Part shown: positions 7,189 to 16,003 of the stretch, piece after piece
Position numbering within the stretch: position 1 is the stretch's first letter
How the letters are laid out: each line of letters opens with the position of its first letter
Assembly: GCA_963765495.1 (NCBI GenBank)
Contig: CAVXWP010000009.1
Location: 269,653 to 333,652 of the forward strand
Length of the DNA: 64,000 bases
Source: Blastocatellia bacterium
GTDB taxonomy: Bacteria > Acidobacteriota > Blastocatellia > UBA7656
Direction: 5' to 3'
The notes under the pieces: model-generated
The model's input: the letters and a program-made list of their open reading frames with translations, nothing else
What the model was told of the DNA's origin: nothing
Database searches by the model: none
Program-made: the position numbers and the translations under genes

Positions 7189-9588
7189 TTATTCCTGCGG
7201 GCGTTTGAAGAACTTGGTCATCACGAGGCTTGTGCCGTCATCGGCACGCTCGAAACGCACCTCGTCCATCAATCTGCGGATTATATGCAATCCGCGTCCA
7301 CGCAATGCCACGGGCGAGGGGGCGCCGGCAGCCGCAAAACCATCTCCGTTTGCCGAGCCAAAGGTCTTGCCTTTGTTCGATACGGTGATCGTTATGCGGT
7401 CGTCTTGTATGGCAAAGCGCTGGTAAATCTTTCGGTCGGGGCTGTCGCTGTGCTCGGCGGCATTCAGACAGGCTTCGATCAACGCGGTCTTGATCTGATT
7501 GATCGCCTCCTGATCGAAATCAGCCGCGCGGGCTATCTGTTCTACCGTGCGGGCGGCGATCAACTCGGCATCCGCTTCGATAGGTATTACCAGTTCGAAT
7601 TCGCTCAGGGGCTGGCGGAAGGCGAACGATTCCGCAAGCTTGAGGATGTGATCGTAAAGCAGATCGAGTTGAGAATAAGTGGAACAGTAAGCGCGTATGG
7701 CTGATAACCTTTCGACTGTCGCAGCCGAAAAGCCTTCCTTGCTTATATACCATCGAATGATCCGCGCGTGCTGGTTGTTTCTGGCTGCCCGCGCGCCCGT
7801 CTCCAATCGTTGATCGAGACGGCTGAGGGTCTCAAGATCGAGCGGCTCTTTAGAGTTTATGAGCGCGATCAGCCATAAGACTTCGTTGGCTTCGCTGTAG
7901 ATGCCGCCTTCAAATCCGCTGCCCGCAAACAGACGCCAGCTTATTCCGGGCTGCTCGCCCGTGCCCAGGTTTGTGACCATCACTATTTGCGGCAGACGGA
8001 TTTTTTCCTGTTCGTCTTCGAGCGAGCGGCGCACCTGCACGCGACTCATGCCGCGATAGCGATTGTCGAAAGCGGGATGGTCGAGCAGGCTCGCCGGTAC
8101 ATTCTGAAAATCGAAGCTCGATAAAGTCTCTACCAGTTGAGATTCAATCGAGCGATTGTAGCGCGACATCATCAGGCGATAAGAGTGCTTCAGCTTCTCG
8201 CTCAAGAGTTCTTCGCCCGCCACTGGGCGGCGCGCCCCCGCGATCTCGCTGCGGTATTTGGCCCTGACGTAATCGGCGAGCACCGGGTCCGAGGACGGAT
8301 TTACAAACCCGTAACTGATCTCAAGAAATTCGCGCGCGTGCAATCGCCGGAGCAATTCGTCGGGGTCCGAAGCATATTCGCTCATACGCTCGGTGACGGC
8401 TTCAATCGGGACAGCCGTATTGGCTTCGATCACAAGACCGAGCGCTTCAAGCACCGCCCGGCGCGCGCGCGACTCCGGCGCTATGTCGCGCAACAGCGCC
8501 CCTATGTAATGGCAGATGCGACCGTTCAGAACATCTTCCGTATAGACGCGCTCAAACTCCATGAAGGTGCGCAGGTTCGACCCGCGAGAGGCTGTCGCTT
8601 CAAGCAGAGCGCGGATATAAAAAAGATCGCGGTTGAGTTGTTGCAGCATAAGCTCGGTCGTCGAATCGCTTATCTCTATTCGAAACATCGAAGCCGTCGA
8701 GCGAATCATCTGCTCAAGCGGTTCTTCGGCCATCGGCTCGATGCGGATCATCTCGAGTCGGCTGAAGAACTCTTCATCAGGCGGTATCAATTCGATCAGC
8801 GCCCGGCGCAATCCGCATAGCGCATAAACAGGCCCGGCAGGGCTTGCCCCTCCCAGAGTCCGGCTCAGATGGTCGTGCGTGCTGAGCGCCCGCAAGACTT
8901 CCGACCGCAACCCGGCAAGCGATGCGCGCTCGACGGAAGAAGTGAATCCTTGCTCGGCCCGGCCTCCCGCATCCGTCAGCACGTGAAAATTGTCGAGCAT
9001 CACAAAAGGCGCTACCTTTGTGCGCGAAGCCGCGACCATAGGCGCAGAGAGCGCCGAACGCACCATCAGGGCCGTGTCGTCTGATTGCGCCGCCCGCGCA
9101 AAGGCGTCTACAAGTGCCCGCACCCAGAAATAATCTTCGGGCAGGGCAAAGCGCGGCAAGAGGGCAAGCGGCTCGTCGGCCTCGGCTATGAGCTTTGGCT
9201 CGTTGCGGCGAAAGGCTATGAACTGCGCCAGAAATTGAGAAAGATAATCGCGCGCAAACCGATCCGCCTCCATCGAATAGGCCCTGAAGGCGTAATAAAC
9301 GGGCGCGACCTCGCTTGAATCGTTAAAGAGCCGGTCAAAATTTTTGCGGAGCAACTCGGTCTTGCCTACACGCGGAGCGCCGAGCACTAGCGCGTTGGCC
9401 GCTCGTCTGACCCGCGGGGTCGCTCGGAGTCTTTGAAGCTCGCCGGGCGAGTTTTCAGCCTCGCGCGAGGCTGCGGGCGCGCGACGCGCTGTCGCAAGCC
9501 CGCGAAGCTGTTCAAGCTCGGCCTCACGGTCGAAAAACTCGTCATCCGGGAGCCGGCTCAGTACCTGTCTCGGGTCAGAATCACGCAT
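7189..9588 (-). CDS. Fusion protein: N-terminal P-loop AAA/STAND-like ATPase + long helical middle region + C-terminal RsbW/SpoIIAB-like HATPase_c anti-sigma kinase domain
   Basis: 799 aa. Walker A GAPRVGKT and Walker B FVMLDNFH in the N-terminal third. The C-terminal ~140 aa (LIEACLNAAEHS...GRGLHIIRRLMDEV) match the GHKL ATPase of partner-switching serine kinases. Confidence 0.7.
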   Translation of the reverse strand: MRDSDPRQVLSRLPDDEFFDREAELEQLRGLATARRAPAASREAENSPGELQRLRATPRVRRAANALVLGAPRVGKTELLRKNFDRLFNDSSEVAPVYYAFRAYSMEADRFARDYLSQFLAQFIAFRRNEPKLIAEADEPLALLPRFALPEDYFWVRALVDAFARAAQSDDTALMVRSALSAPMVAASRTKVAPFVMLDNFHVLTDAGGRAEQGFTSSVERASLAGLRSEVLRALSTHDHLSRTLGGASPAGPVYALCGLRRALIELIPPDEEFFSRLEMIRIEPMAEEPLEQMIRSTASMFRIEISDSTTELMLQQLNRDLFYIRALLEATASRGSNLRTFMEFERVYTEDVLNGRICHYIGALLRDIAPESRARRAVLEALGLVIEANTAVPIEAVTERMSEYASDPDELLRRLHAREFLEISYGFVNPSSDPVLADYVRAKYRSEIAGARRPVAGEELLSEKLKHSYRLMMSRYNRSIESQLVETLSSFDFQNVPASLLDHPAFDNRYRGMSRVQVRRSLEDEQEKIRLPQIVMVTNLGTGEQPGISWRLFAGSGFEGGIYSEANEVLWLIALINSKEPLDLETLSRLDQRLETGARAARNNQHARIIRWYISKEGFSAATVERLSAIRAYCSTYSQLDLLYDHILKLAESFAFRQPLSEFELVIPIEADAELIAARTVEQIARAADFDQEAINQIKTALIEACLNAAEHSDSPDRKIYQRFAIQDDRITITVSNKGKTFGSANGDGFAAAGAPSPVALRGRGLHIIRRLMDEVRFERADDGTSLVMTKFFKRPQE

Positions 9589-9608
9589 CTGGGATTATCC
9601 TGCCAGGG

Positions 9609-11261
9609 CTACTGTCCTTCCGCTTTGGGCTCTTCATAAACCGCGACACAATTGCGTCCGAGTGTCTTCGCGTGGTAAAGGGCGCGGTCGGCTGTCTCGA
9701 TTATCGCGAGGGGGCTTTGCCTGGTGGGGCTGAAAGAAGAAACGCCTATGCTGATGGTAACCTTGCCCATAGTTTCGCCGTGTTCGGTGCGGTACTCAGT
9801 CTGATTTATCGCCTTCCGCAATCGCTCGGCAATGCGCCCGGCATCATTGATCTGTGTTTCGGGCAGCACTATGCAAAACTCATCGCCCGCAAAACGGGCC
9901 GACATATCAATGGCGCGAATGCCTCGCTTGAGCATATGCGCCGTTTTGACCAGCACGCGATCCGCGTTCGTGTGGCCGTAGATGTCGTTGTAACCCTTAA
10001 ACCTGTCCACGTCAATAATCATAAAAGAGAGCGGCGTGTCGTGGCGCTTCGACCGCTCGACCTCTTCATAAAGCCTCTCTTCGAGATAACGGCGATTTGG
10101 CAGCCCCGTAAGCGGGTCGGTCAAAGACATCTGCTGATAGGCTTCGGCCTTGCGGTGCCATTCGGTGCGCTCGATTATGAGCGCGAGTTGCGGAGCCATC
10201 AGTTCGAGCAGTGAGAGGTCTTCGTTTTCATAGGCCGAACCGTCCACACGATCAGACAGATTGATGACGCCCACCTTGCGCGGGCCGAGCGTGATCGGAT
10301 AGCTGATGAATGAGCCGGTCTTATACTGGCCCCGGCGCGGTCGCGGAATCCTCTGGTCGGTCTCTACGTCGCGGACCATAAGCGCCGCCCCGCTGGCAAG
10401 CACTTCCCCGGCAATGCCCTCGCCGAGCTTTACGCGAACCGGCCCGAATCTCTGAAAATCGGCCCCCACAGCCGCCTCGAGCGCAAGCTCGTTTGACTGC
10501 TCGTTGAGGATCATAAGCGAACTGCGCTCCGATCTCATGATCTCGCTGAATTTGGCCAGCACCGATGAGTAAACCTTTTGCGAATCGAGCGTAGCGGCTA
10601 CGCTGCGAAGAAAGTCGTAGAACTGAGATATGGCCCGATTCTTGTTTTCGAGTTGATCGGCGAGTCTTATTACTTCCAGATGCGCATCAAGCAGAGCCGG
10701 AGAAATATCGGTCTCCAGTTCCGGCTCGGCCTCGCGTTTTGGCGCGGATTTGAAGTTGTATTCGAGAGTAGAGGCGACAAGGCTCGCGGCCTGGCGCACC
10801 TCGCGCAGATCGGCAAATCTCATATTGGTCAGGGCTTCGCCGGTTCTTATCGCGTCTGTGTCGCCGTGTTCGCGGAGAAAGCGTGTGTATTCAGCCGAAG
10901 AGGTAAAGGCGCGTCCGCCAAGCACTGTCAGTTGCCTCCCGGCTATTTCGACCGGGACGGCGAAACATTGCAACCCCGCGTGGCAGCGAAACTCCGTCGC
11001 CTCGCCTGCTTCGGTTGCCCGGCTGTGAGCGCCTCCGCAGTCGGCCGCGCACAGTGGCGCGTATTCTGAAGTGCTCTGTAGCGAGCGGCAAATGCTGTTG
11101 TCGTTTTCAACCTGAGAGATTGGCTGGCCGTCAGAACCGATTGTCGTTAAAGCCAGCCCGGTCTTTTCAGCAAGTGTTCGCTGAAGGCGAAACCATACGA
11201 CAACGGGATCGTCCGTTTCGCGCCTTGAAACGCTTGTACTTCTGGCGATTTCTTTGCTCAA
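9609..11261 (-). CDS. Sensor diguanylate cyclase: PocR-like Cys/His sensor domain + GAF + GGDEF (motif variant AGDEF)
   Basis: 550 aa. N-terminal CxxxxGG...CHAGL pattern resembles PocR; central GAF; C-terminal GGDEF fold with RFAGDEF. It has a TTG start and no clear SD, so the start is uncertain. Confidence 0.7.
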   Translation of the reverse strand: MSKEIARSTSVSRRETDDPVVVWFRLQRTLAEKTGLALTTIGSDGQPISQVENDNSICRSLQSTSEYAPLCAADCGGAHSRATEAGEATEFRCHAGLQCFAVPVEIAGRQLTVLGGRAFTSSAEYTRFLREHGDTDAIRTGEALTNMRFADLREVRQAASLVASTLEYNFKSAPKREAEPELETDISPALLDAHLEVIRLADQLENKNRAISQFYDFLRSVAATLDSQKVYSSVLAKFSEIMRSERSSLMILNEQSNELALEAAVGADFQRFGPVRVKLGEGIAGEVLASGAALMVRDVETDQRIPRPRRGQYKTGSFISYPITLGPRKVGVINLSDRVDGSAYENEDLSLLELMAPQLALIIERTEWHRKAEAYQQMSLTDPLTGLPNRRYLEERLYEEVERSKRHDTPLSFMIIDVDRFKGYNDIYGHTNADRVLVKTAHMLKRGIRAIDMSARFAGDEFCIVLPETQINDAGRIAERLRKAINQTEYRTEHGETMGKVTISIGVSSFSPTRQSPLAIIETADRALYHAKTLGRNCVAVYEEPKAEGQ

Positions 11262-11957
11262 GCGTAGTCGGAATCTCGGGAGAGTTCCTTACCTCCGGTG
11301 TAATAGCCTGGCTGAAGGTCAATACAGCCGGGCCGCCGGTTCCTGCACCTGGCTAAACATCAGTTCTCAGAACTTGAGCGATTACCTGTCGCATATCCCC
11401 ACATCACAAGTTCGAGCATCTGGCTATTATTTTCGCTTTCAAAATTAACGCCGCCGGGGCTGGCTCAAGCTCAATTTCTTACATCTGGTTATCAAAGGCC
11501 AAAGTAGCATATAGCAAAGTACTTTGCAACAGAAACTTAAGGTACCCTATCAGGTAATAAGCCCCCTCTCCCGCCGGTCTGTTGGGGCAATTTAAAAGGC
11601 TGTGCAAGATAGATTACCAGCTTCACTCGCGGTCAAGGCTTGCCTCCCGGGGGTCTGTGGAATAAACTTGGGTTAGCGAAATTACCGGTTGAAACATACA
11701 AGGCTTTGACCCGAGCGGCGGAATTATTTTTGATTCCACGATGCCGAACAGGTCAACATTTCATACCGGGTGCCTCAGATATATTACCTCAATCGCTGCT
11801 TTTAGGGGCAAAGCCGTGGAGCGTGCGGGGCATTAAGCCACAGCGATAAGTTCGCCTCCGGGCTTTAACTCAACAAATGTGGTGATTTAAGATGACAGAT
11901 GAAACGGCACGGCTATTGCGATCTCCCTCTGTTGTAAAAAAAGGCTCGGGGGGTGTA

Positions 11958-13313
11958 ATGAAAGTACTTGTAATTGATGATGAGGATATGGTGCGGAATC
12001 TGGTCCGAGAGGCCATGTCAAATCAGGGATATGATGTCTACACCGCATCAAACGGCAGCCAGGCTTTGCAACTGGCCATAGCGCACGATTTTGATCTGGT
12101 CTTTTGTGATGTGGTAATGGACGGTCTTACGGGTTTCGACGTGCTCAAGGAGTTCCGGCAAAACTTGCAATCCAAGACGGAGATCGTCCTGATGACGGGG
12201 CAGGCATCGGTAGAGGCAGCCATCGAAGCGGTTCAGCAGGGAGCCAACGACTACATCTGTAAGCCTTTTTCAATCGGGGTGCTTCAGGCTATAGCCTCTT
12301 CGGTCGAGCAGCGCCGCTATCCGAGCAAACTCATCGAAGTTGGGGCCGAACAGGAGATTTCGCAAGAGATACTGGGCACCTCTCCGATCATGATTGAGGT
12401 AGTAAAGACGGCGGCGCGGGTCGCTTTGACCGAACTGCCCGTGATGATTCGGGGCGAGTCGGGGACAGGCAAGGAATTGATTGCGCGACTGATACACCGC
12501 AAGAGCACGCGAACCGATAAGTCGTTTGTAGCGGTCAACTGCGGCGCTCTGCCCGATACTCTGCTCGAAAGCGAGCTTTTCGGTCACACGCGAGGCGCAT
12601 TCACCGGGGCCGACAATGCCCGGCGCGGATTATTCGAAGAGGCCGACGGCGGCACGCTTCTGCTGGATGAAGTGACAGAGACCAGTCCGGCCTTTCAGGT
12701 AAAGCTTCTGAGGGTTCTGCAGGAAGGCGAATTCCGCCCGCTTGGAACCAGCAACAGAAAACGGGTAAACGTGCGTGTGCTTTCGGCTACAAATCGCGAC
12801 CCGCAGGCGCTTGTCGAACAGGGGTCATTTCGTCAGGACTTGCTCTATCGCCTGCAGGGCACATCCATTATGCTGCCGGCGCTCGTCGAGCGGCGCGAAG
12901 ACATTCGCCCGATGTCGCTCACCTTTCTTGCCAGGTTCAGCCCCGGGGGCCGCAAGCTTTCTATAACAAAGGAGGCTATGCTTGCGCTTGAGCGTCACAA
13001 CTGGCCGGGCAATGTCCGCGAGTTAAAACACCTCATGCAGAGGTTGGCGGCGCTCAGCAGCGGCGTGATAAGACTCGAAGACCTGCCATCGGAGATCGTA
13101 TCCAATCCAAAGATAACTTCGGTGATGAATGACTGCATCCCCGAAGGCGACCTTCCCACGCTTGAACAACTCGAATCGACCTATCTGCTTCGGGTGCTCA
13201 GCGCCGTCGGCGGTAATAAATCGCGGGCGGCCCAGATCATGGGCGTTGACCGCAAGACGCTTTATCGAATGATAGACAGACAGGTGAAGCAAACGGCCGA
13301 TAAAGTATCTTGA
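11958..13313 (+). CDS. Sigma-54-dependent NtrC/Fis-family response regulator (REC + AAA sigma54-interaction + HTH)
   Basis: REC domain (MKVLVIDDED...D), sigma-54 activator motifs GESGTGKE and ESELFGH, C-terminal Fis-type HTH. The ATG at 11958 is preceded by GGGGGG; the listed longer ORF begins at 11892. Confidence 0.85.
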   Translation: MKVLVIDDEDMVRNLVREAMSNQGYDVYTASNGSQALQLAIAHDFDLVFCDVVMDGLTGFDVLKEFRQNLQSKTEIVLMTGQASVEAAIEAVQQGANDYICKPFSIGVLQAIASSVEQRRYPSKLIEVGAEQEISQEILGTSPIMIEVVKTAARVALTELPVMIRGESGTGKELIARLIHRKSTRTDKSFVAVNCGALPDTLLESELFGHTRGAFTGADNARRGLFEEADGGTLLLDEVTETSPAFQVKLLRVLQEGEFRPLGTSNRKRVNVRVLSATNRDPQALVEQGSFRQDLLYRLQGTSIMLPALVERREDIRPMSLTFLARFSPGGRKLSITKEAMLALERHNWPGNVRELKHLMQRLAALSSGVIRLEDLPSEIVSNPKITSVMNDCIPEGDLPTLEQLESTYLLRVLSAVGGNKSRAAQIMGVDRKTLYRMIDRQVKQTADKVS

Positions 13314-13351
13314 GTCGGGGCCGTTGCGCGAAAAGCGAAACGGAATGAGAC

Positions 13352-13431
13352 AGGATAAACAGGATTAGATTGGATTAGACAAGAATTTTGTCTAATCCAA
13401 TCTAATCCTGTTTATCCTGTCTAAGAAAATT
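13352..13431. terminator. Perfect ~37-bp-arm inverted repeat (AGACAGGATAAACAGGATTAGATTGGATTAGACAAGAATTTTGTCTAATCCAATCTAATCCTGTTTATCCTGTCT), 40 bp downstream of the sigma-54 regulator stop
   Basis: Very stable hairpin with a 5-nt loop. Internally it is made of (GGATTAGAT / ATCTAATCC)-like repeats. Confidence 0.55.
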
Positions 13432-13447
13432 CAACTCTTCACACACT

Positions 13448-13649
13448 CAGGTCCATTCAGTTTTTGACTTGCGAGCTGTATGCGACAAAATTTTGCAGGT
13501 TAATTCGAACGAAAGGCGAGTGGGAATAGGCCGGGACGGACGCGGATCTGACACTATTTGGACGAATCCGTGCTAATCCGCCCGATCCGCGTCCGTCCCG
13601 GCCTATTTCTATTTTCCAATTCTACATTTTGGAAAACTGAATGGCCCTG
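13448..13649. mobile_element. MITE-like element copy 2 (TIR GTCCATTCAGTTTTTG ... AAAACTGAATGGCCC; inner hairpin 13530-13603)
   Basis: Conserved frame AAAGGCGAGTGGGAATAGGCCGGGACGGACGCGG ... CCGCGTCCGTCCCGGCCTATT as in copy 1, with a different loop. Confidence 0.7.
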
Positions 13650-13926
13650 TCACACACTGGATTAATCTCCATTCTTTGTAGAATATCCTACAAAACCAAT
13701 TTCGATTATGGTATGCTCGCTCACGAAATATCCGACAGGGTGTTGGGACTTGATCTACCGATTTTCAATTGAAGCAACTTGATAAACTATGCACGACGCG
13801 TGGCTCGCCGCAAATTCGTCAACGATGTATTGGACAATCTAGCGACACATTCCAACGCGCTTTGAGAACTAATACCGGCGGCCCTGCCGCAAGACAATTC
13901 ACCTACTTAGTGGAGGAACACGAAAC

Positions 13927-15522
13927 ATGGCTGATGAAAATATAGACGTTGCTATTGTGGGAGGCGGAGTTTCGGGTGTCTATAGCGCCTGGCGTTTAAG
14001 AAAGGCGAACCCGAAGCGCAAGATCGTCGTCTTCGAAGGCAGCAATCATATCGGCGGGCGGCTGCTATCGGTAACGCCGCCCGACATTCCGAACATGGTA
14101 GCCGAGCTTGGCGGGATGCGCATTCTTCCGGCGGTGCAGCCTCTAATCAAACGACTCATAGATGTATTGAATGAGGAGCTTCCGGCAAGTCAAAAGATCG
14201 AGCTATACGACTTTCCCGTAGACCAGCCGCAAAACATCGCCTACCTGCGAGGCATCTATTTGCGGCTCTCGGATTTCACCGCAAAGCCCGACAAGGTGCC
14301 CTATCATCTCTCTTTTCTGGAGCGCGGCCAGTCTCCCGGCAGCATCATCGTCAACGCCATCGAGCAGATCGTGCCCGGAATCACAAATCCCGATCTCGAC
14401 GAGTATCAACGCCGTCAGATGGTCAAGAATGCAAGTTTCGCCGGAGTGCCGCTCTATAAGCAGGGGTTCTGGAACGTTTTGATGCGCGTCATCAGCGGCG
14501 AGGCATATCAACTCGGCGTTGATGCGGGCGGTTACAACTCGACGCTTACCAACTGGAACGCTGCCGATGCTATCCCGTGGTATCTCTCCGACTTTGGCGT
14601 AGACCCGCAATACAAGGGTTTCAAGAAGGGATTTCAGCAAGTGCCGCAGTCGCTTGCGGAACTCTTCAAAAACACCAAAGACGATATTCGGCTGAAGACG
14701 CCGGTTGACGGATTTAACTGGACGAAGGGAGGGGTTCAGTTGCGAGTCAAAGGCAAGACGATCAACGCGAAGACGCTGATACTGGCCATGCCCCGCCGCT
14801 CGCTCGATCTCCTGGCTCCAAACAGCCCGCCGCTCAATGAGATCAGAGAGATGATTGCAAGCGTTACGCCGCGCCCGCTCTTCAAACTCTTCACGACCTA
14901 CAGCAACCCGTGGTGGCTCGCCGCCGGATACACTGCGCCCGACGGCACCTTCGTCCCCGTCGAAGCGGGACGCACGGTCACCGATCTTCCCGTGCGGCAG
15001 ACTTACTACTGGCCGGAGGATGACGGCTCTCCGGCAACCGATGGCCCGTCTATGTTGATGGCAAGTTATGATGACGGTACGAATATAGGCTTCTGGGACG
15101 GCCTGCGCCCGCGTCGTCGTGAAGCGTGGAAAACGGGGCTTGAGGTTGCGGAACTGGAAGATCCGTTCGTAAGCGAAGATCGAGAGAAGAGGCCGAAACT
15201 CTCCTGGTGGCAGTATAAAGCGCCGCGACGGATGGTCGCCGAAGTGGCGCGCCAGCTTGGGGTGATTCACGGACTCACATACACACCGGCTGTTCGCAAC
15301 GCGGCATTCCGAGATTGGGGAGATGATCCGTTTGGCGGCGGCTGGAACAGTTGGAACATCGGCGTGAAAAGCTGGGAAGTAAAACGGCAGATCATCCAGC
15401 CGTTTGACAAGCGCCCGCTCTACATTTGCGGCGAAGCCTATTCGGATGCTCAAGGGTGGGTCGAAGGCGCGCTGCAAACGGCAGATATGATGCTGGAAAA
15501 GATGGGAATCGGCTCGCTATAA
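13927..15522 (+). CDS. FAD-dependent amine oxidase-family oxidoreductase (flavin monoamine/L-amino-acid oxidase-like)
   Basis: 531 aa; N-terminal dinucleotide fold VAIVGGGVSGV; amine-oxidase-like length and C-terminal FAD region; SD GGAGGAAC upstream. No signal peptide. Embedded in AT-rich DNA between two MITE-like repeats. Confidence 0.7.
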   Translation: MADENIDVAIVGGGVSGVYSAWRLRKANPKRKIVVFEGSNHIGGRLLSVTPPDIPNMVAELGGMRILPAVQPLIKRLIDVLNEELPASQKIELYDFPVDQPQNIAYLRGIYLRLSDFTAKPDKVPYHLSFLERGQSPGSIIVNAIEQIVPGITNPDLDEYQRRQMVKNASFAGVPLYKQGFWNVLMRVISGEAYQLGVDAGGYNSTLTNWNAADAIPWYLSDFGVDPQYKGFKKGFQQVPQSLAELFKNTKDDIRLKTPVDGFNWTKGGVQLRVKGKTINAKTLILAMPRRSLDLLAPNSPPLNEIREMIASVTPRPLFKLFTTYSNPWWLAAGYTAPDGTFVPVEAGRTVTDLPVRQTYYWPEDDGSPATDGPSMLMASYDDGTNIGFWDGLRPRRREAWKTGLEVAELEDPFVSEDREKRPKLSWWQYKAPRRMVAEVARQLGVIHGLTYTPAVRNAAFRDWGDDPFGGGWNSWNIGVKSWEVKRQIIQPFDKRPLYICGEAYSDAQGWVEGALQTADMMLEKMGIGSL

Positions 15523-15547
15523 AGGCCTCAGGACCATTCAGTTTTTG

Positions 15548-15750
15548 GCCCGCGAGCATTTGGCGTCAAAAACCTTAAAGGTTAATTTGACCGAAGGGTT
15601 TCCGCTAATAGGCCACGGATGACACGAATCGGACGGATTTACGCGGATCGAGTCATATAAGCTTCAGATCAGTGTAAATCCGTCCGATTCGTGTCATCCG
15701 TGGCCTATTCCCATTTCCATTATTTATATTCTGAAAGCCGATTGGACCTG
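15548..15750. mobile_element. MITE-like element copy 3 (left TIR GACCATTCAGTTTTTG; degenerate right TIR; inner hairpin 15611-15705 with diverged stem sequence)
   Basis: Same framework and spacing as copies 1, 2 and 4. Together with copy 2 it flanks the FAD amine oxidase gene. Confidence 0.6.
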
Positions 15751-16003
15751 GCCGCCGACCCCGCATTCCCTGCTTCTATGACCGCTATCTTGACAATGCC
15801 TATGCAGTGATATAATTTCGGTACGGGAGAGTACTCCCAGACTCAACAGTTATCCGAGCAAGAGCAGCGGGCCATACTATCGTGCAAATCGAGATTGCTT
15901 GATTTGCGCGCACCCTTTTGAGATTGGCAGATGGCTTCTTTCGATCAGGGTTTTCAGCCTCAGCCGATTGAGTCTCACTGTTCGCCTTTTAAGATTCAAA
16001 AAC

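Noticed and set aside
11262-11957. A sigma-54 promoter call (candidate TGGCTATTATTTTCGCT) in the divergent region.
   Set aside because: The GG-N10-GC spacing is off by one and the match to the consensus is poor. It is not supportable without a PWM scan or TSS data.
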